Assembly: GCA_027021705.1 (NCBI GenBank) | Contig: JALUTT010000048.1 | Coordinates: forward strand, 32,001 to 96,000 | Direction: 5' to 3' | Length of the DNA: 64,000 nt | DNA from: Anaerolineae bacterium | Lineage (GTDB): Bacteria; Chloroflexota; Anaerolineae; S140-20 | In this document: positions 46,501-56,362 of the stretch, in pieces | How the letters are laid out: every line of letters starts with the position of its first letter | Numbering within the stretch: position 1 is the first letter of the stretch | The notes under the pieces: model-generated | Told to the model about the DNA's origin: nothing | What the model saw: only the letters and a program-made list of their open reading frames with translations | Databases searched by the model: none | Program-made: the position numbers and the translations under genes

Positions 46501-48373
46501 CCAGGTGGGCGGGCGTCGCATCGGTGTGGTCTTCGCCAATGGAGAGCAGCCCGGTCAGTTTGGCGAGCACGAGCAGAACCTGCTCACCTTCCTGGCCAGC
46601 CAGGCGGCCATCGCCTTGCAAAATGCCCGTCTCTTCGAGGAAGTCCAGACCCGCGCCCGCCACGAGCACGCCTTGCGCGAGATCACCGCGGTCATCAACA
46701 CCAGCGAGAGTTTGGTGGAGGAACTCCCCGTCATCGCCGGACACCTCCGGCAGTTGGTGCCCGTGGACACCCTCGCCCTGACCATCTACGTACCGGGGGA
46801 GTCCGAGTACACCCTCTTCGCCGTGGAGGTGAGCGGGGAAAGGACTCCCTTTGCCCAGAGGGGTGCCCGACTCCCGGTAGAGGGCACCGGCCCTGGGTGG
46901 GTCCTCACCCACGGCGAGCCGTGGATAGACGACGATCTCCGCCAGCAGCTTTCCTTTGTCGAGGATGAGCACGTCCTTGCCCAGGGATTGCGCTCCCGGG
47001 CGATCCTTCCCCTCCGGGTCGGCGAACGGGTCATCGGCACCCTCAACCTTGCCAGCACCCAGCCCGGGGTGTTTACCGAAACCGATCTTCCTCCCCTGCG
47101 GCTGATCGCCGGTCAGATGGCCCTGGCCCTGGAGCGGGTCCGCCTCTTCGAGGAGACTCAGCAGCGGGCCCGAGATCTGGACAAGCTCTACCAGGCGACG
47201 CGGGTCATCAGCACTGAACTGGACTTGGAGCCGCTGGCGGAGAAGCTGGCAGAAGAGGCTCGGAATCTGGTGGAGGCCCATTACAGCGGCATCCTGATCT
47301 TCCATCCCAATCCGGACCAGCCGGTCTATTTCAAGACGGCCGGCGTGGACCTCGATCGCTTCCAGTTGTCGGGTCGGCCCGAGGGCAAAGGGGTGTTGGC
47401 CGCCATCCTCGAGGGGGAGGCGGTCCGGCTGGACGACATCTCGAAGCACCCCCGTTCCGTCGGTCTGCCGCCGGAGCACTTCCCCCTCAAGCGGCTGTTG
47501 GGCTTGCCTATCGTCTACCACGGTCAGGTGCGGGGCATCTTGTTGGCAGGACGTGATGCCAATGGTGCTCCTTTCACCGAGGCGGACTTCTCCTTGCTCC
47601 AGGCTCTGGCAGCTTCGGCGGCCGTCGCCGTGGAGAATGCTCGGCTCTTCCTCAAGACCCAGGAGGCGTTGGCGGAGACGGAGGTTCTCTACCGGGCCAG
47701 CCGGGCCATCGCTGTGGCCCAGACGCCCGAGGACGTGTTGCGGGCCTTCACCGATCACATCGTCACACCGGAGATTGGCCGTTGCGTCCTGGCCCTGATA
47801 GATCCTGGCAGCCCGCCGGACCAACGGGAAGTAGAGATCGTCGCTGCGTGGGAGCCGGGGGTGGAACGACCGGCTGTGGTTGGAAACCGCTGGAACGCTT
47901 CTCAGATCCCCTTAATAGACCGGATCGGCCAGGATCCTCTGGTCATCTCCGACGTGGAGACCGCCTCAGAGATGGACGAGGTCTCCCGCCACATCTTCCT
48001 AGACATCCTGGGGATTAGGGCGTTCATCGCCATCCCCATGCTGGTCGGTGAGCGGCTGCTGGGCTGGCTGCTGGTCGAATCCCTGGAGGGGCCTTACGAG
48101 TTCAGCGAGCGGGAGAGGCGGCTCTACGAGGCCCTGGCCGGACAGGCTGCCGTCGCTCTGGAGCGCCAGCGTCTCTTCGAAGAGGCTCAGAGGCGGGCTC
48201 GCCGCGAGCGGCTGATCCGGGAGATCACCACCAAGGTGCGTGCCGCCACCGATGTGGACACGATCCTGCAGACCGCCCTTCAGGAGATCAGCCAGGCGTT
48301 AGGGACCACCCACGCGGCGATCCGCTTGGGAGTCCAAAGCCCAGAGTTTGGAAATGGAGGCTCGGAGAGGTAG
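43562..48373 (+). CDS. Kinase-less receptor 10: ~6 TM plus about 8 GAF domains plus C-terminal tail
   Basis: Hydrophobic N-terminus; repeated ALENARL GAF ends; tail RARRERLIREITTKVRAATDVD; no output motif seen. Confidence 0.87.
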   Translation: MRERLVEALTVQPDDLLRIRPLLEVMLKGLIVATAAGTVVFVGAAVIGQRGFWVLSGLNLLMLIVMIGIGRLNQRGHTNAAIHTLLAVITLYVTVASPPGFLVAGPELAVYAVPITAAGLLLTPAAAGFWAVITTIAALARMIVVTLFLDVVVSPIALTLGVIVLYLLALSTWLFARSLQQANRNLRRRIGQIQTGAEISRVVTAALEPGLIQWPAVQLIQTGFGYYHVGFYVLDPEGRWAVLTEAAGEAADRMKQEEHRLPLDGSTVVAAAFAQRARQMLVLGEEGPYSPNGRPLQPNDRFLPQTRAELALPLQVGERLLGVLDVHSTQPLPFPDEEIEALEGIVGQVAVALENAHLFEDLHQRHQELRELHQQTERRARYLEATAELARAVSSLLDLQALLDRAVNLISERFGFYHAGIFLVDEAGEWAVLQAANSEGGQRMLARGHKLRVGEQGIVGWVTHAGEPRIALDVGEDAVHFDNPDLPNTRSEMALPLRVGDRVIGALDIQSTREAAFSEEDVAVLQTLADQIAIAIENARLFQETQRALEEVQTLHRYYLAQAWEQFTRQRRDLSAEYRRLGVPPLERAWSPEMEIALAQERPVVLTDLEAELLGGDGQEGNRDDGTDGRSALPARSVLAVPIKLRGEVIGVLDLQATEESRRWTDEEVAMVAAVADQMALALENARLLEAERDQRQVSEALREAAVALSSTLEFDDLVQRILEQISRVVPGDASNLMLIEGDEVRVVGRRGYEHFQFVDLLRERRVPRDTLNTLRKMAETGRPVVIPDTASDPDWRLLPGSEWIRSYVGAPIQVRGEIIGLLNVDSATPGFFTQEHADRLAAFAAQAGIALQNARLFEETRRHAREVRQLYQLGMALSATLDLEEALQTVADGARELLEASSAAVYYWDEGTQRYTYRFSLGETHLDAEGLFQEPRPGGMTETIHRTGEPVLVEDVRLDPRVASHVVEAGVRSFVGVPIQVGGRRIGVVFANGEQPGQFGEHEQNLLTFLASQAAIALQNARLFEEVQTRARHEHALREITAVINTSESLVEELPVIAGHLRQLVPVDTLALTIYVPGESEYTLFAVEVSGERTPFAQRGARLPVEGTGPGWVLTHGEPWIDDDLRQQLSFVEDEHVLAQGLRSRAILPLRVGERVIGTLNLASTQPGVFTETDLPPLRLIAGQMALALERVRLFEETQQRARDLDKLYQATRVISTELDLEPLAEKLAEEARNLVEAHYSGILIFHPNPDQPVYFKTAGVDLDRFQLSGRPEGKGVLAAILEGEAVRLDDISKHPRSVGLPPEHFPLKRLLGLPIVYHGQVRGILLAGRDANGAPFTEADFSLLQALAASAAVAVENARLFLKTQEALAETEVLYRASRAIAVAQTPEDVLRAFTDHIVTPEIGRCVLALIDPGSPPDQREVEIVAAWEPGVERPAVVGNRWNASQIPLIDRIGQDPLVISDVETASEMDEVSRHIFLDILGIRAFIAIPMLVGERLLGWLLVESLEGPYEFSERERRLYEALAGQAAVALERQRLFEEAQRRARRERLIREITTKVRAATDVDTILQTALQEISQALGTTHAAIRLGVQSPEFGNGGSER

Positions 48374-48454
48374 TCCCGGAGTCCTCGTCCTGGTGTGGTG
48401 AGCCGAGGACAAGAGTAGGAAGTTCAGAGTTCTGAGGTACAGGTGAGGGGAAAA

Positions 48455-51400
48455 ATGGCCGACTCAACCCACTCAGCCCACCCACAAGACCTCCTCGACC
48501 GGCTCCTGTCCATCGTCGCTGGGATAGACGAGGGGGAGCAGCGTGAGGCCCTGCAGCAGCCGTTGGAGGCGCTGCGGAAGGCGCTTGCCGTCTCCTCGGA
48601 TCGGAGCCGTCGCCTCTACGAGGCCAGTCGGGCGATCAGCCTGGCCGCCGATATGGCTGAGGTGGGACGGGCTCTGATGGACTTCATCGCGACCTGTGAC
48701 GTGGATGTGGGCCGGCTCTTTCTCTTCCGGGCGGATCCGTCTGGTGAGCCGGTTGAGATCGAGATGCGCGAGGGATGGAAGCGGAGCGGTGAGCCCTCTC
48801 AGGTTCCCTACGGCACCCGTTTCCCGCTGGCCGATTACCCTCTGCGTGAGGCTATGCAGCCTGACCAGGTCTTCATCTGCTCCGATGTGGGGACGGATCC
48901 CCGGTTGAATGAGACCATCCGGGCGATGATGCTCGCCTCCGAACTGCACTCCTTCATCATCGTCCCGATGACGGTGGAGAGGCGGTGGTTGGGTGCCATT
49001 CTCGTAGGACGGGAGGTCCCCTCCACGTATGATGAAGGGTTGGTCTACGCCCTCTGGACGCTGGCCGGACAGGCTGCGGCCACGCTGGAGAACCGCCAGC
49101 TCCTGGCCGACTTCCAAGGAACAGCCGAGCAGATGGTCCTGCTCAACCAAATCCTCCAGACGGCTACGACGACCCTAGACCTCCGGGAGGCCCTCGATTC
49201 CATTGCCCGACAGACGGCCCTGGCGCTGAACAGGATGTGCGGCATCTTTCTTCTCGAGGAAGATGGCGAGCACCTGCGGGTGGGCTGCTTGTGGGGACCC
49301 GATGGCCATACCCACACGTCTGAGGAGGCCCTCGTCTTCCCTCTCTCAGAGAATCCCGGTATGGAGGCAGCCGTTCGGGAGCAGAAGACCCAGGTCCTTG
49401 ACCAGGTTCAGACCCGTGCCCGGGGAACAGCCCGCCACCTGGCCCAACTCTCCCGGGCGGAGACGGCCGTCTACGCCCCCTTGCTGACCCGAGAGCGTGT
49501 GGTGGGGGTGCTGGAGGTCTCCGCCCCCGTCGGCCATCCCCCCTTCACGCCGGAGCAGATCGGCACGGTCTCCACCATTGCCCGCCAGATGGGTATCGTG
49601 GTGCAGAATGCTCGACTCTTCCAGGAAACCCAGGCCGCTCTGGAGGAGACAGACCTGCTCCTGGAGACCAGCCGGGCCCTGGCCCTCGCCCTGACCCCCC
49701 AGGAGGTGGCCGATCTCCTGGCAGAGCGCTTGATGGCCACAGGCGTTGACCGTTGTAGCGTGGTTCTCTGCGATACCTACGGAGAGGATGGGCTCCCTCA
49801 GTGGGCGGAGGTGATGGCCATCGGCGACGTGGACCCGGAGAGGCGAAAGCTGGGCCTGCACTACCGCTATCCCATCGAAACCTACCCTACGATACAGAAG
49901 TTCCTCCGTGCTCCAGAAGCCTTCGTGGTGACCGATGTGCGCACCGATCCCCGCCTCACCGAGGAGGAGCGAATCTATATGGAAAATATCGGGGGGGTGG
50001 CTTTCATCGCCGTCCCGATGGTGCGCCGGGGACAGGTCCTGGGCTACATCTTCGCCGAACACAGCCATCCCTATACCTTCAGTCAGCGGGAGCTTTCCCT
50101 GTACCAGGCGATGGCCGATCAGGCAGCCGTGACGCTGGCCAACATGCGTCTCTTCGAGCGGGTTCAGCAAGGGTGGCGCGAGACCGAGGTCCTCTATCAG
50201 GTTGGCCGCTCCTTGGTCGCTGCCTCTTCCTTGGAGGAACTGCTGGAGTGTGCGGCCCAACCGGCCATCGAGGCAGGGGCGTCGGCCGCCAGCCTCTACC
50301 TCTTCGACCCGAATGAGGCGGAGCAACCGGAGTGGGGCATCCTGGCCGCCCACTGGCAGCGCGAGGGTGATCCTCCCTTCCCCGTGGGTACTCGGCTCTA
50401 CTTGGCCGATTTCCCCTTCACCCAGCTCTTCCTGGCGGATCCCCAGACCCCTTACCTGATCGGGGATATGGAGGCGGCCGAGCAGGTGGATGAGACTACC
50501 CGGGATGTGGCCCTGCAACTGGGGGTGCGAGCGCTGGTTGTCATCCCCTTGGTGACCCGGGAGCGTCGGATTGGTATCCTGGCCATTCCCTGGGATGAGC
50601 CCCACCAATTCAGTGAGGAAGAGGAGCGGCTCTATCGGGCGCTGGGACCGTTGGCAGCGCCGGTCACGGAGAGCTTGCGCCTACTGGAGGACACACGGCG
50701 TCGGGCACTCCAGTTCCAGACCGTGACGGAGGTTGCCCAGGCGGCCAGTACCATCCTGAACCTGGATGAGTTGCTCTCCCAGTCGGTGGAGTTGATCAGG
50801 GAGCGCTTTGACCTCTACTATGCCGGTATCTTCCTGGTGGATGAATACGGGCAGTGGGCGGTGCTGCGGGCGGGCACCGGCGAGGCCGGCCGGGCGCAGA
50901 TCGAGGCCGGTCACCGGCTGGAGGTGGGGGGCAACTCGATGATCGGCTGGTGCACGGCCCACGGAAAGCCCCGGGTAGCCCTAGACGTGGGGAAGGAGGC
51001 CGTGCGCTTTGAGAACCCCTACCTGCCCGATACCCGCTCGGAGATGGCCCTGCCCCTCATCAGCCGGGGGCAGGTGATCGGTGCGATGACCATCCAGTCC
51101 ACCCAGGTCGCTGCCTTCACCGACGAGGATGTCACAATCCTCCAGGCTCTGGCCGACCAGTTGGCCGCGGCCATTCAGAATGCCCGTCTCTTCGAGCAGA
51201 CCCAGCAGGCCCTGCAGGAGGTCAGCCGGGTTCACCAGCGTTACATCCGTGAGGCCTGGGAGGAGTACACAGCCCATCGTCAGCGTCCGACAGGCTACTT
51301 CCTGGGCCCCGACGGCATCACGGCTGCCGACGTCTGGCGACCGGAGATGGCCTTGGCGGTGGAGCGGGAGGACCTGCTGATCCTCTCCGAGGCCGACGAC

Positions 51401-54400
51401 GAAGTAGTTGGCGGGAAGAACGGAGATGAACGCCCCAAGGCAGCCCTGGCTGTGCCCATTAAGCTGCGCGATCAGGTGATCGGGGCGCTGGACTTCTTCG
51501 AGCCCGATGAGGCCCGGGAATGGGATGAGGATGACATCGCCATCGTAGAGGCGGTGGTGGATCAGGTTGCCCAGGCTCTGGAGAGCGCCCGCCTCTTCGA
51601 GAAAACCCAGACCCAGGCCAGCCGGCTGGCCCTCCTGAACGAGATCACAGCCCGCCTGAGCACGGCCCTGGATCGGGATGAACTCTTCCGTATCTTGAGT
51701 CAGGAACTGGGCCGCATCCTTCCTTTCCACCAGCTCCACATCGCCCTCTACGACCCTCAGCGGGATTCCGAGCACTGCCGGCTGATCCCTCTAGGGAAGG
51801 AAGCCTTCCACGCGGTGCAGACCTTCCCCGTCGAGGATAGCCTGATGGGAGAGGTGTTGCAGAGCGGTCGTCCTCTGTTGTTGAAAGACCTCGCCCTCTC
51901 GTCGGAAGAGATGGGGTCGAACCACCAAGACCGCCGCTATCTCCTCCAGACGGGCGTTCGCTCGGCGATCTTCGTCCCCCTGGGAACCCATGGGCGCCAA
52001 CTAGGGGTGCTGAGCGTGGGCCATGCAGAGGCCGGCTTCTACACCCAGGATGACCTGGCCCTCTTCCAGCAGGTTGCTGCTCAGGTGGCCGTTGCCCACG
52101 AGAACGCCCGCCTCTTCCACGAGACGCGGCGTCGGGCCCGTCAGTTGCAGGACCTCTACGATGCCGGGCTTGCCCTCTCCTCCATCGCCTCGCTGGAGGA
52201 GGTGATGGAGCGGGTTGCTCAAGCGGCTCAGAAGCTGACCCAGGCCAGCCTGACCACGGTCTTCGTCTACGATGAGGACCTGGGTCGCTATCGTCGGGCC
52301 GCCGCGGCCGACGCGCCGGAGCGGCTGGCCTCCTCGCCGGTCATCTACCCCCGTCGGGGAGGCTTCACCGACAAGATCGCCCGCAGCGGTCGCCCCCTCG
52401 TCGTCCCCGATGTCGAGGCCGATCCCGACGTGAACCCGGGTGCTCTGGAGTCGGGGATGCACTCCCTGGTGGGAATTCCGATGCAGATGATGGGACAGGA
52501 GGCCATCGGGGTCATCTTCTGTGCCCATACCGAGAAGCATTACTTCACCGAGGAGCACGTGGAGACCCTCTCCTTCCTGGCCGTCCAGGCGGCGATCGCG
52601 CTGCAGAACGCCCGATCCTTCGCCCAAGTGGAACGCCGGCGGCTGCAACTGGAGACCGCGGCCGAGGTCGCCCGGGTGACCACCGCCGTTCTGGACCTGG
52701 ACGAGCTGCTGGAGCGGACGATCAGCCTGCTCCAAGAGCGGTTTGGCCTCTACTATGCGGGCATCTTCCTGCTGGACGAGACGGGGTCGTGGGCGGTGTT
52801 GCGGGCCGGAACCGGAGAGGCTGGTCGTCGGATGGTGGAGCGTGGACACCGGCTGCAGGTAGGCGGCAATTCGATGATCGGCTGGTGCACGGCCCATGGA
52901 GAGCCCCGCGTGGCCCTGGACGTGAGCAAGGAACGGGTGCGCTTCATCAACCCGCTGTTGCCCGACACCCGCTCGGAGATGGCCCTGCCCCTCATCAGCC
53001 GGGGGCGGGTGATCGGCGCGATGACCATCCAGTCCGATCAGACCGAGGCCTTCTCCCGGGCCGACGTCGCCACCATCCAACTGATGGCCGACCAGTTGGC
53101 CAACGCCATCGAGAACGTCCGGCTCTTCCAGGAGACCCAGACCAGCCTGGTGGAGACCGAGGCCCTCTATCGGGCCAGCCGGCGGGTGGGGGAGGCCCAG
53201 TCCATCGAAAGCGTCCTAGAAGGTGCGGCAGAGTTGGCCGAGGTTCTGATCCCGGAGGCCGGCAGCATCTCCATCAGCCTGATTACCCGCTGGGACGAGG
53301 CCGGAGAGCCGACGGCTGCCGACATTCACGTCCTCTCCCTGGGCACGGGCCAGCGGATCCCGCTGCCGACCCTCACCGATTTTCCCATCACCGATCGGGA
53401 GACGGCGAGGATGGTCCTGGGCGAGCCCGAAGCAGTCGTCATCTACGCCGATGCCGACGATCCCACCTGTTCTATGCCCGAGGAGGTGCGGGAGGTGATG
53501 CACAACAGCGGCACCCGGGGAATGGTCACGCTGGGCCTGCTCGCCCGAGGCCGCTCCTTGGGATTCCTCTCCTTCAGCAGTTCGGCGCCACTCACCGAGT
53601 TCCCGGAACGTCACGTCCGGCGTCTCCGCACCCTGGCCGACCAGATCGCGGTGACCCTGGACAACCTGCAGCTCTTCCGGCAGACTACGGAGGCGCTGGA
53701 AGAGACCCAGACCTACTATGACATCAGCCGGCAACTGCTGGAGGCCCAGACGGTGGAAGAGGTGCTGGCGGCTGCGCTGGCCTTTCTGCAGGAGCCGGAT
53801 GTGGACAGTGCCAGCATCTTCCTGGTGGGTGGACCGCCGGAGGCCCTATGGCTGGAGCGGGTTGCGGTCAAGGGCATTCGGGAGAGGACCGAAGCCCCGC
53901 TGGGCGATCGGATCCCGATGGACCTGTATGGACTAGATCGCCTGCTCGCTCCCGGTCGTACGGTTGTGGTCGAGGATGTGGCCCGCGATACCCGGATTAC
54001 GGAGCCGCTGCGGGAGATGTTGACAGAGTTGGGAAAGCGGGCCGTCGTCTTCGTGCCGATGCAGACGGGGCAGCAGCTGGTAGGGACTTTGCTGGTTGCC
54101 CAAAACTATCCCTACCGCTTCTCCAAACGTCAGATCCGGCTCTACGAGGTTGTGGCGGCCCAGACATCGGTAGCCTTGGAGAACCGGCGCCTGCTGGAGG
54201 AGACCCGACGGCGGGCCGTCCAGTTGGAGGCAGCGGCCAAGGTGGGGCGTTCGGCCACCTCCATCCTGGAGCGCGAGCAACTGCTGCCGGCCGTCGTCGA
54301 GTTGATCCGCGACCACTTCGGCTACTACCACGCTCAGATCTTCCTGATAGACGAGACGGGGCGGTGGGCGGAACTCCAGGCCAGCACCGGTGAGATCGGC

Positions 54401-56242
54401 AGGATATTGCTGGAGCGAGGACATGCTCTGGAGGTGGGCAGCGACTCGGTGATCGGCTGGGTGACCCGTTATGGGCAGCCCCGCGTCGCCCGCGTGGGCG
54501 AGGACCGGGTTCACTTCCGCAACGAACTCCTGCCTGATACCCGGGCCGAGTTGGCCATCCCTCTCATCCTGGGAGGCCGCGTCATCGGAGCCTTGGATGT
54601 GCAGAGCACCGACCCCGAAGCTTTCGGCGAGGACGAGGTCGCGGTGCTTCAACTCGTGGCGGACCAGATCACCATCGCCATCGAGAACGCTCGCCTCTAC
54701 GACGAGCAGAAGCGGGTGGCCGAGAAGCTGCGCGAGGTGGATCGGCTGAAGTCTCAGTTCCTGGCCAATATGTCCCACGAGTTGCGGACACCGCTGAACT
54801 CCATCATCGGCTTCTCGCGGGTGATCCTCAAGGGCATTGATGGTCCCCTCACCGACCTGCAGCGGCAAGACCTGGAAGCGATTCACAACAGTGGTCAACA
54901 CCTGCTAGGGTTGATCAACGACATCCTGGACCTCTCCAAGATCGAGGCAGGTCGGATGGAGCTGGTCTTCGAGGAGGTCAACCTCTACGACATCATCGAA
55001 GGCGTGATGGCGACGGCCAAGGCGCTGGTCAAGGACAAGTCCATCGAGCTGCGCAAGGAAGTTGCCGAGGACCTGCCGACCATTATCGCCGACGGCAAGC
55101 GGATCCGTCAGGTGATGCTCAACCTGCTCTCCAATGCGGCCAAGTTCACCGAAGAGGGATACATCTGCTTGCGAGCCCAGGCCGACGACCGCTACGTGAC
55201 CATCAGCATCGAGGACACCGGGATCGGTATCCCGCCGGAGAAGCACGAGGAGATCTTCCAGGAGTTTACCCAGGTGGATGCCTCTACGACACGCCGTTAC
55301 GCGGGAACGGGCCTGGGGCTGCCCATCAGCCGCCACTTCGTCGAGATGCACGGCGGGCGGATCTGGGTGGAGAGCGAACTGGGGAAGGGTTCGACCTTCT
55401 ACTTCACGCTGCCCATCCGTGGACCCAAGCAGGAGGAGGAGCCTTCTGAGGGCGAGGGTGTGGCCGTAGAGGTGGGGAAGAAGCTGATCCTGGTGGTAGA
55501 TGACGACGAGAGCGTCATCACCCTCTACAAGCGCTATCTGGACAAGCGTGATTACCAGGTCGTTGGCCTGACAGAGAGTCAACAGGCACTCCAGTGGGCG
55601 ATGAACCTGAAGCCCTATGCCATCATCCTGGACATCCTAATGCCGCGCAAGGATGGCTGGAGTGTAATCCAGGAATTGAAGTCCACGCCGGAGACCCGGG
55701 ACATTCCCGTGATCATCTGCAGCATCGTGGGTGATACCGGTCGGGGCTTCAGCTTGGGGGCTGCTGACTACTTGGTCAAGCCGATTATGGAAGACGAACT
55801 GCTCAATGCGCTGTCCCGGCTAGACGGACAAGCCCAAGAGAAAGTCCTGATCATTGACGACAACCCTGACGACATCCAGTTGCTGCGCCGCATCCTGGAG
55901 GAGGGGCAGGGGTGCATGGTGCTGGAGGCCAGCAACGGTGCTGACGGCATCGCCCTGATCCAGGCCGAGCGTCCTAATCTGGTCATCTTGGACTTGATGA
56001 TGCCGGAGGTGGATGGCTTCGCCGTGTTGGAGGCGGTTAAGGCCAATCCCTCTACTCGGGATATCCCTATCATCGTGGTGACGGCGAAGGACCTCTCCGA
56101 AGAGGATCGCCAACGGCTTGCAGGACGCACCATCTCTCTGTTGCAGAAAGGGATCTTTCAGCAGGAGGAGCTGCTCGAGGATGTGGCTGAGGCTTTGGCC
56201 CGGTTGACGGCTAACCAATCCCGGTCCCAAGAGCAGGCGTAG
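48455..56242 (+). CDS. Giant cytoplasmic hybrid histidine kinase (about a dozen GAF domains, HisKA, HATPase, two REC)
   Basis: FLANMSHELRTPLNSIIGF, NLLSNAAKFT, DTGIGI, GTGLGLPI; REC1 ILDILMP and REC2 ILDLMMP. Confidence 0.93.
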   Translation: MADSTHSAHPQDLLDRLLSIVAGIDEGEQREALQQPLEALRKALAVSSDRSRRLYEASRAISLAADMAEVGRALMDFIATCDVDVGRLFLFRADPSGEPVEIEMREGWKRSGEPSQVPYGTRFPLADYPLREAMQPDQVFICSDVGTDPRLNETIRAMMLASELHSFIIVPMTVERRWLGAILVGREVPSTYDEGLVYALWTLAGQAAATLENRQLLADFQGTAEQMVLLNQILQTATTTLDLREALDSIARQTALALNRMCGIFLLEEDGEHLRVGCLWGPDGHTHTSEEALVFPLSENPGMEAAVREQKTQVLDQVQTRARGTARHLAQLSRAETAVYAPLLTRERVVGVLEVSAPVGHPPFTPEQIGTVSTIARQMGIVVQNARLFQETQAALEETDLLLETSRALALALTPQEVADLLAERLMATGVDRCSVVLCDTYGEDGLPQWAEVMAIGDVDPERRKLGLHYRYPIETYPTIQKFLRAPEAFVVTDVRTDPRLTEEERIYMENIGGVAFIAVPMVRRGQVLGYIFAEHSHPYTFSQRELSLYQAMADQAAVTLANMRLFERVQQGWRETEVLYQVGRSLVAASSLEELLECAAQPAIEAGASAASLYLFDPNEAEQPEWGILAAHWQREGDPPFPVGTRLYLADFPFTQLFLADPQTPYLIGDMEAAEQVDETTRDVALQLGVRALVVIPLVTRERRIGILAIPWDEPHQFSEEEERLYRALGPLAAPVTESLRLLEDTRRRALQFQTVTEVAQAASTILNLDELLSQSVELIRERFDLYYAGIFLVDEYGQWAVLRAGTGEAGRAQIEAGHRLEVGGNSMIGWCTAHGKPRVALDVGKEAVRFENPYLPDTRSEMALPLISRGQVIGAMTIQSTQVAAFTDEDVTILQALADQLAAAIQNARLFEQTQQALQEVSRVHQRYIREAWEEYTAHRQRPTGYFLGPDGITAADVWRPEMALAVEREDLLILSEADDEVVGGKNGDERPKAALAVPIKLRDQVIGALDFFEPDEAREWDEDDIAIVEAVVDQVAQALESARLFEKTQTQASRLALLNEITARLSTALDRDELFRILSQELGRILPFHQLHIALYDPQRDSEHCRLIPLGKEAFHAVQTFPVEDSLMGEVLQSGRPLLLKDLALSSEEMGSNHQDRRYLLQTGVRSAIFVPLGTHGRQLGVLSVGHAEAGFYTQDDLALFQQVAAQVAVAHENARLFHETRRRARQLQDLYDAGLALSSIASLEEVMERVAQAAQKLTQASLTTVFVYDEDLGRYRRAAAADAPERLASSPVIYPRRGGFTDKIARSGRPLVVPDVEADPDVNPGALESGMHSLVGIPMQMMGQEAIGVIFCAHTEKHYFTEEHVETLSFLAVQAAIALQNARSFAQVERRRLQLETAAEVARVTTAVLDLDELLERTISLLQERFGLYYAGIFLLDETGSWAVLRAGTGEAGRRMVERGHRLQVGGNSMIGWCTAHGEPRVALDVSKERVRFINPLLPDTRSEMALPLISRGRVIGAMTIQSDQTEAFSRADVATIQLMADQLANAIENVRLFQETQTSLVETEALYRASRRVGEAQSIESVLEGAAELAEVLIPEAGSISISLITRWDEAGEPTAADIHVLSLGTGQRIPLPTLTDFPITDRETARMVLGEPEAVVIYADADDPTCSMPEEVREVMHNSGTRGMVTLGLLARGRSLGFLSFSSSAPLTEFPERHVRRLRTLADQIAVTLDNLQLFRQTTEALEETQTYYDISRQLLEAQTVEEVLAAALAFLQEPDVDSASIFLVGGPPEALWLERVAVKGIRERTEAPLGDRIPMDLYGLDRLLAPGRTVVVEDVARDTRITEPLREMLTELGKRAVVFVPMQTGQQLVGTLLVAQNYPYRFSKRQIRLYEVVAAQTSVALENRRLLEETRRRAVQLEAAAKVGRSATSILEREQLLPAVVELIRDHFGYYHAQIFLIDETGRWAELQASTGEIGRILLERGHALEVGSDSVIGWVTRYGQPRVARVGEDRVHFRNELLPDTRAELAIPLILGGRVIGALDVQSTDPEAFGEDEVAVLQLVADQITIAIENARLYDEQKRVAEKLREVDRLKSQFLANMSHELRTPLNSIIGFSRVILKGIDGPLTDLQRQDLEAIHNSGQHLLGLINDILDLSKIEAGRMELVFEEVNLYDIIEGVMATAKALVKDKSIELRKEVAEDLPTIIADGKRIRQVMLNLLSNAAKFTEEGYICLRAQADDRYVTISIEDTGIGIPPEKHEEIFQEFTQVDASTTRRYAGTGLGLPISRHFVEMHGGRIWVESELGKGSTFYFTLPIRGPKQEEEPSEGEGVAVEVGKKLILVVDDDESVITLYKRYLDKRDYQVVGLTESQQALQWAMNLKPYAIILDILMPRKDGWSVIQELKSTPETRDIPVIICSIVGDTGRGFSLGAADYLVKPIMEDELLNALSRLDGQAQEKVLIIDDNPDDIQLLRRILEEGQGCMVLEASNGADGIALIQAERPNLVILDLMMPEVDGFAVLEAVKANPSTRDIPIIVVTAKDLSEEDRQRLAGRTISLLQKGIFQQEELLEDVAEALARLTANQSRSQEQA

Positions 56243-56244
56243 GT

Positions 56245-56300
56245 CCCCGCCGAGGTGGGAAAGGATAGCATCGTTGTGCTTCCACCCCGCCGAGGTGGGA
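56245..56300 (+). repeat. 16-bp direct repeat CCCCGCCGAGGTGGGA x2, 40-bp period
   Basis: Exact copies at 56245-56260 and 56285-56300; each can form a CCCGCC-GA-GGTGGG mini-hairpin. Confidence 0.8.
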
Positions 56301-56362
56301 TCTACCGGCAACTGGACCTTATCCCCCAAAAGTGCGCGCGGAAGGAAGGAGTCAAAGAAGCC

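Noticed and set aside
18843..48373. Receptors as pseudogenised (truncated) histidine kinases
   Set aside because: All ten are intact ORFs ending at an equivalent position with a conserved tail, and no kinase remnants follow their stops.
56245..56300. Possible mini-CRISPR array
   Set aside because: Only two 16-bp repeats, too short for CRISPR repeats, and no cas genes in the window.
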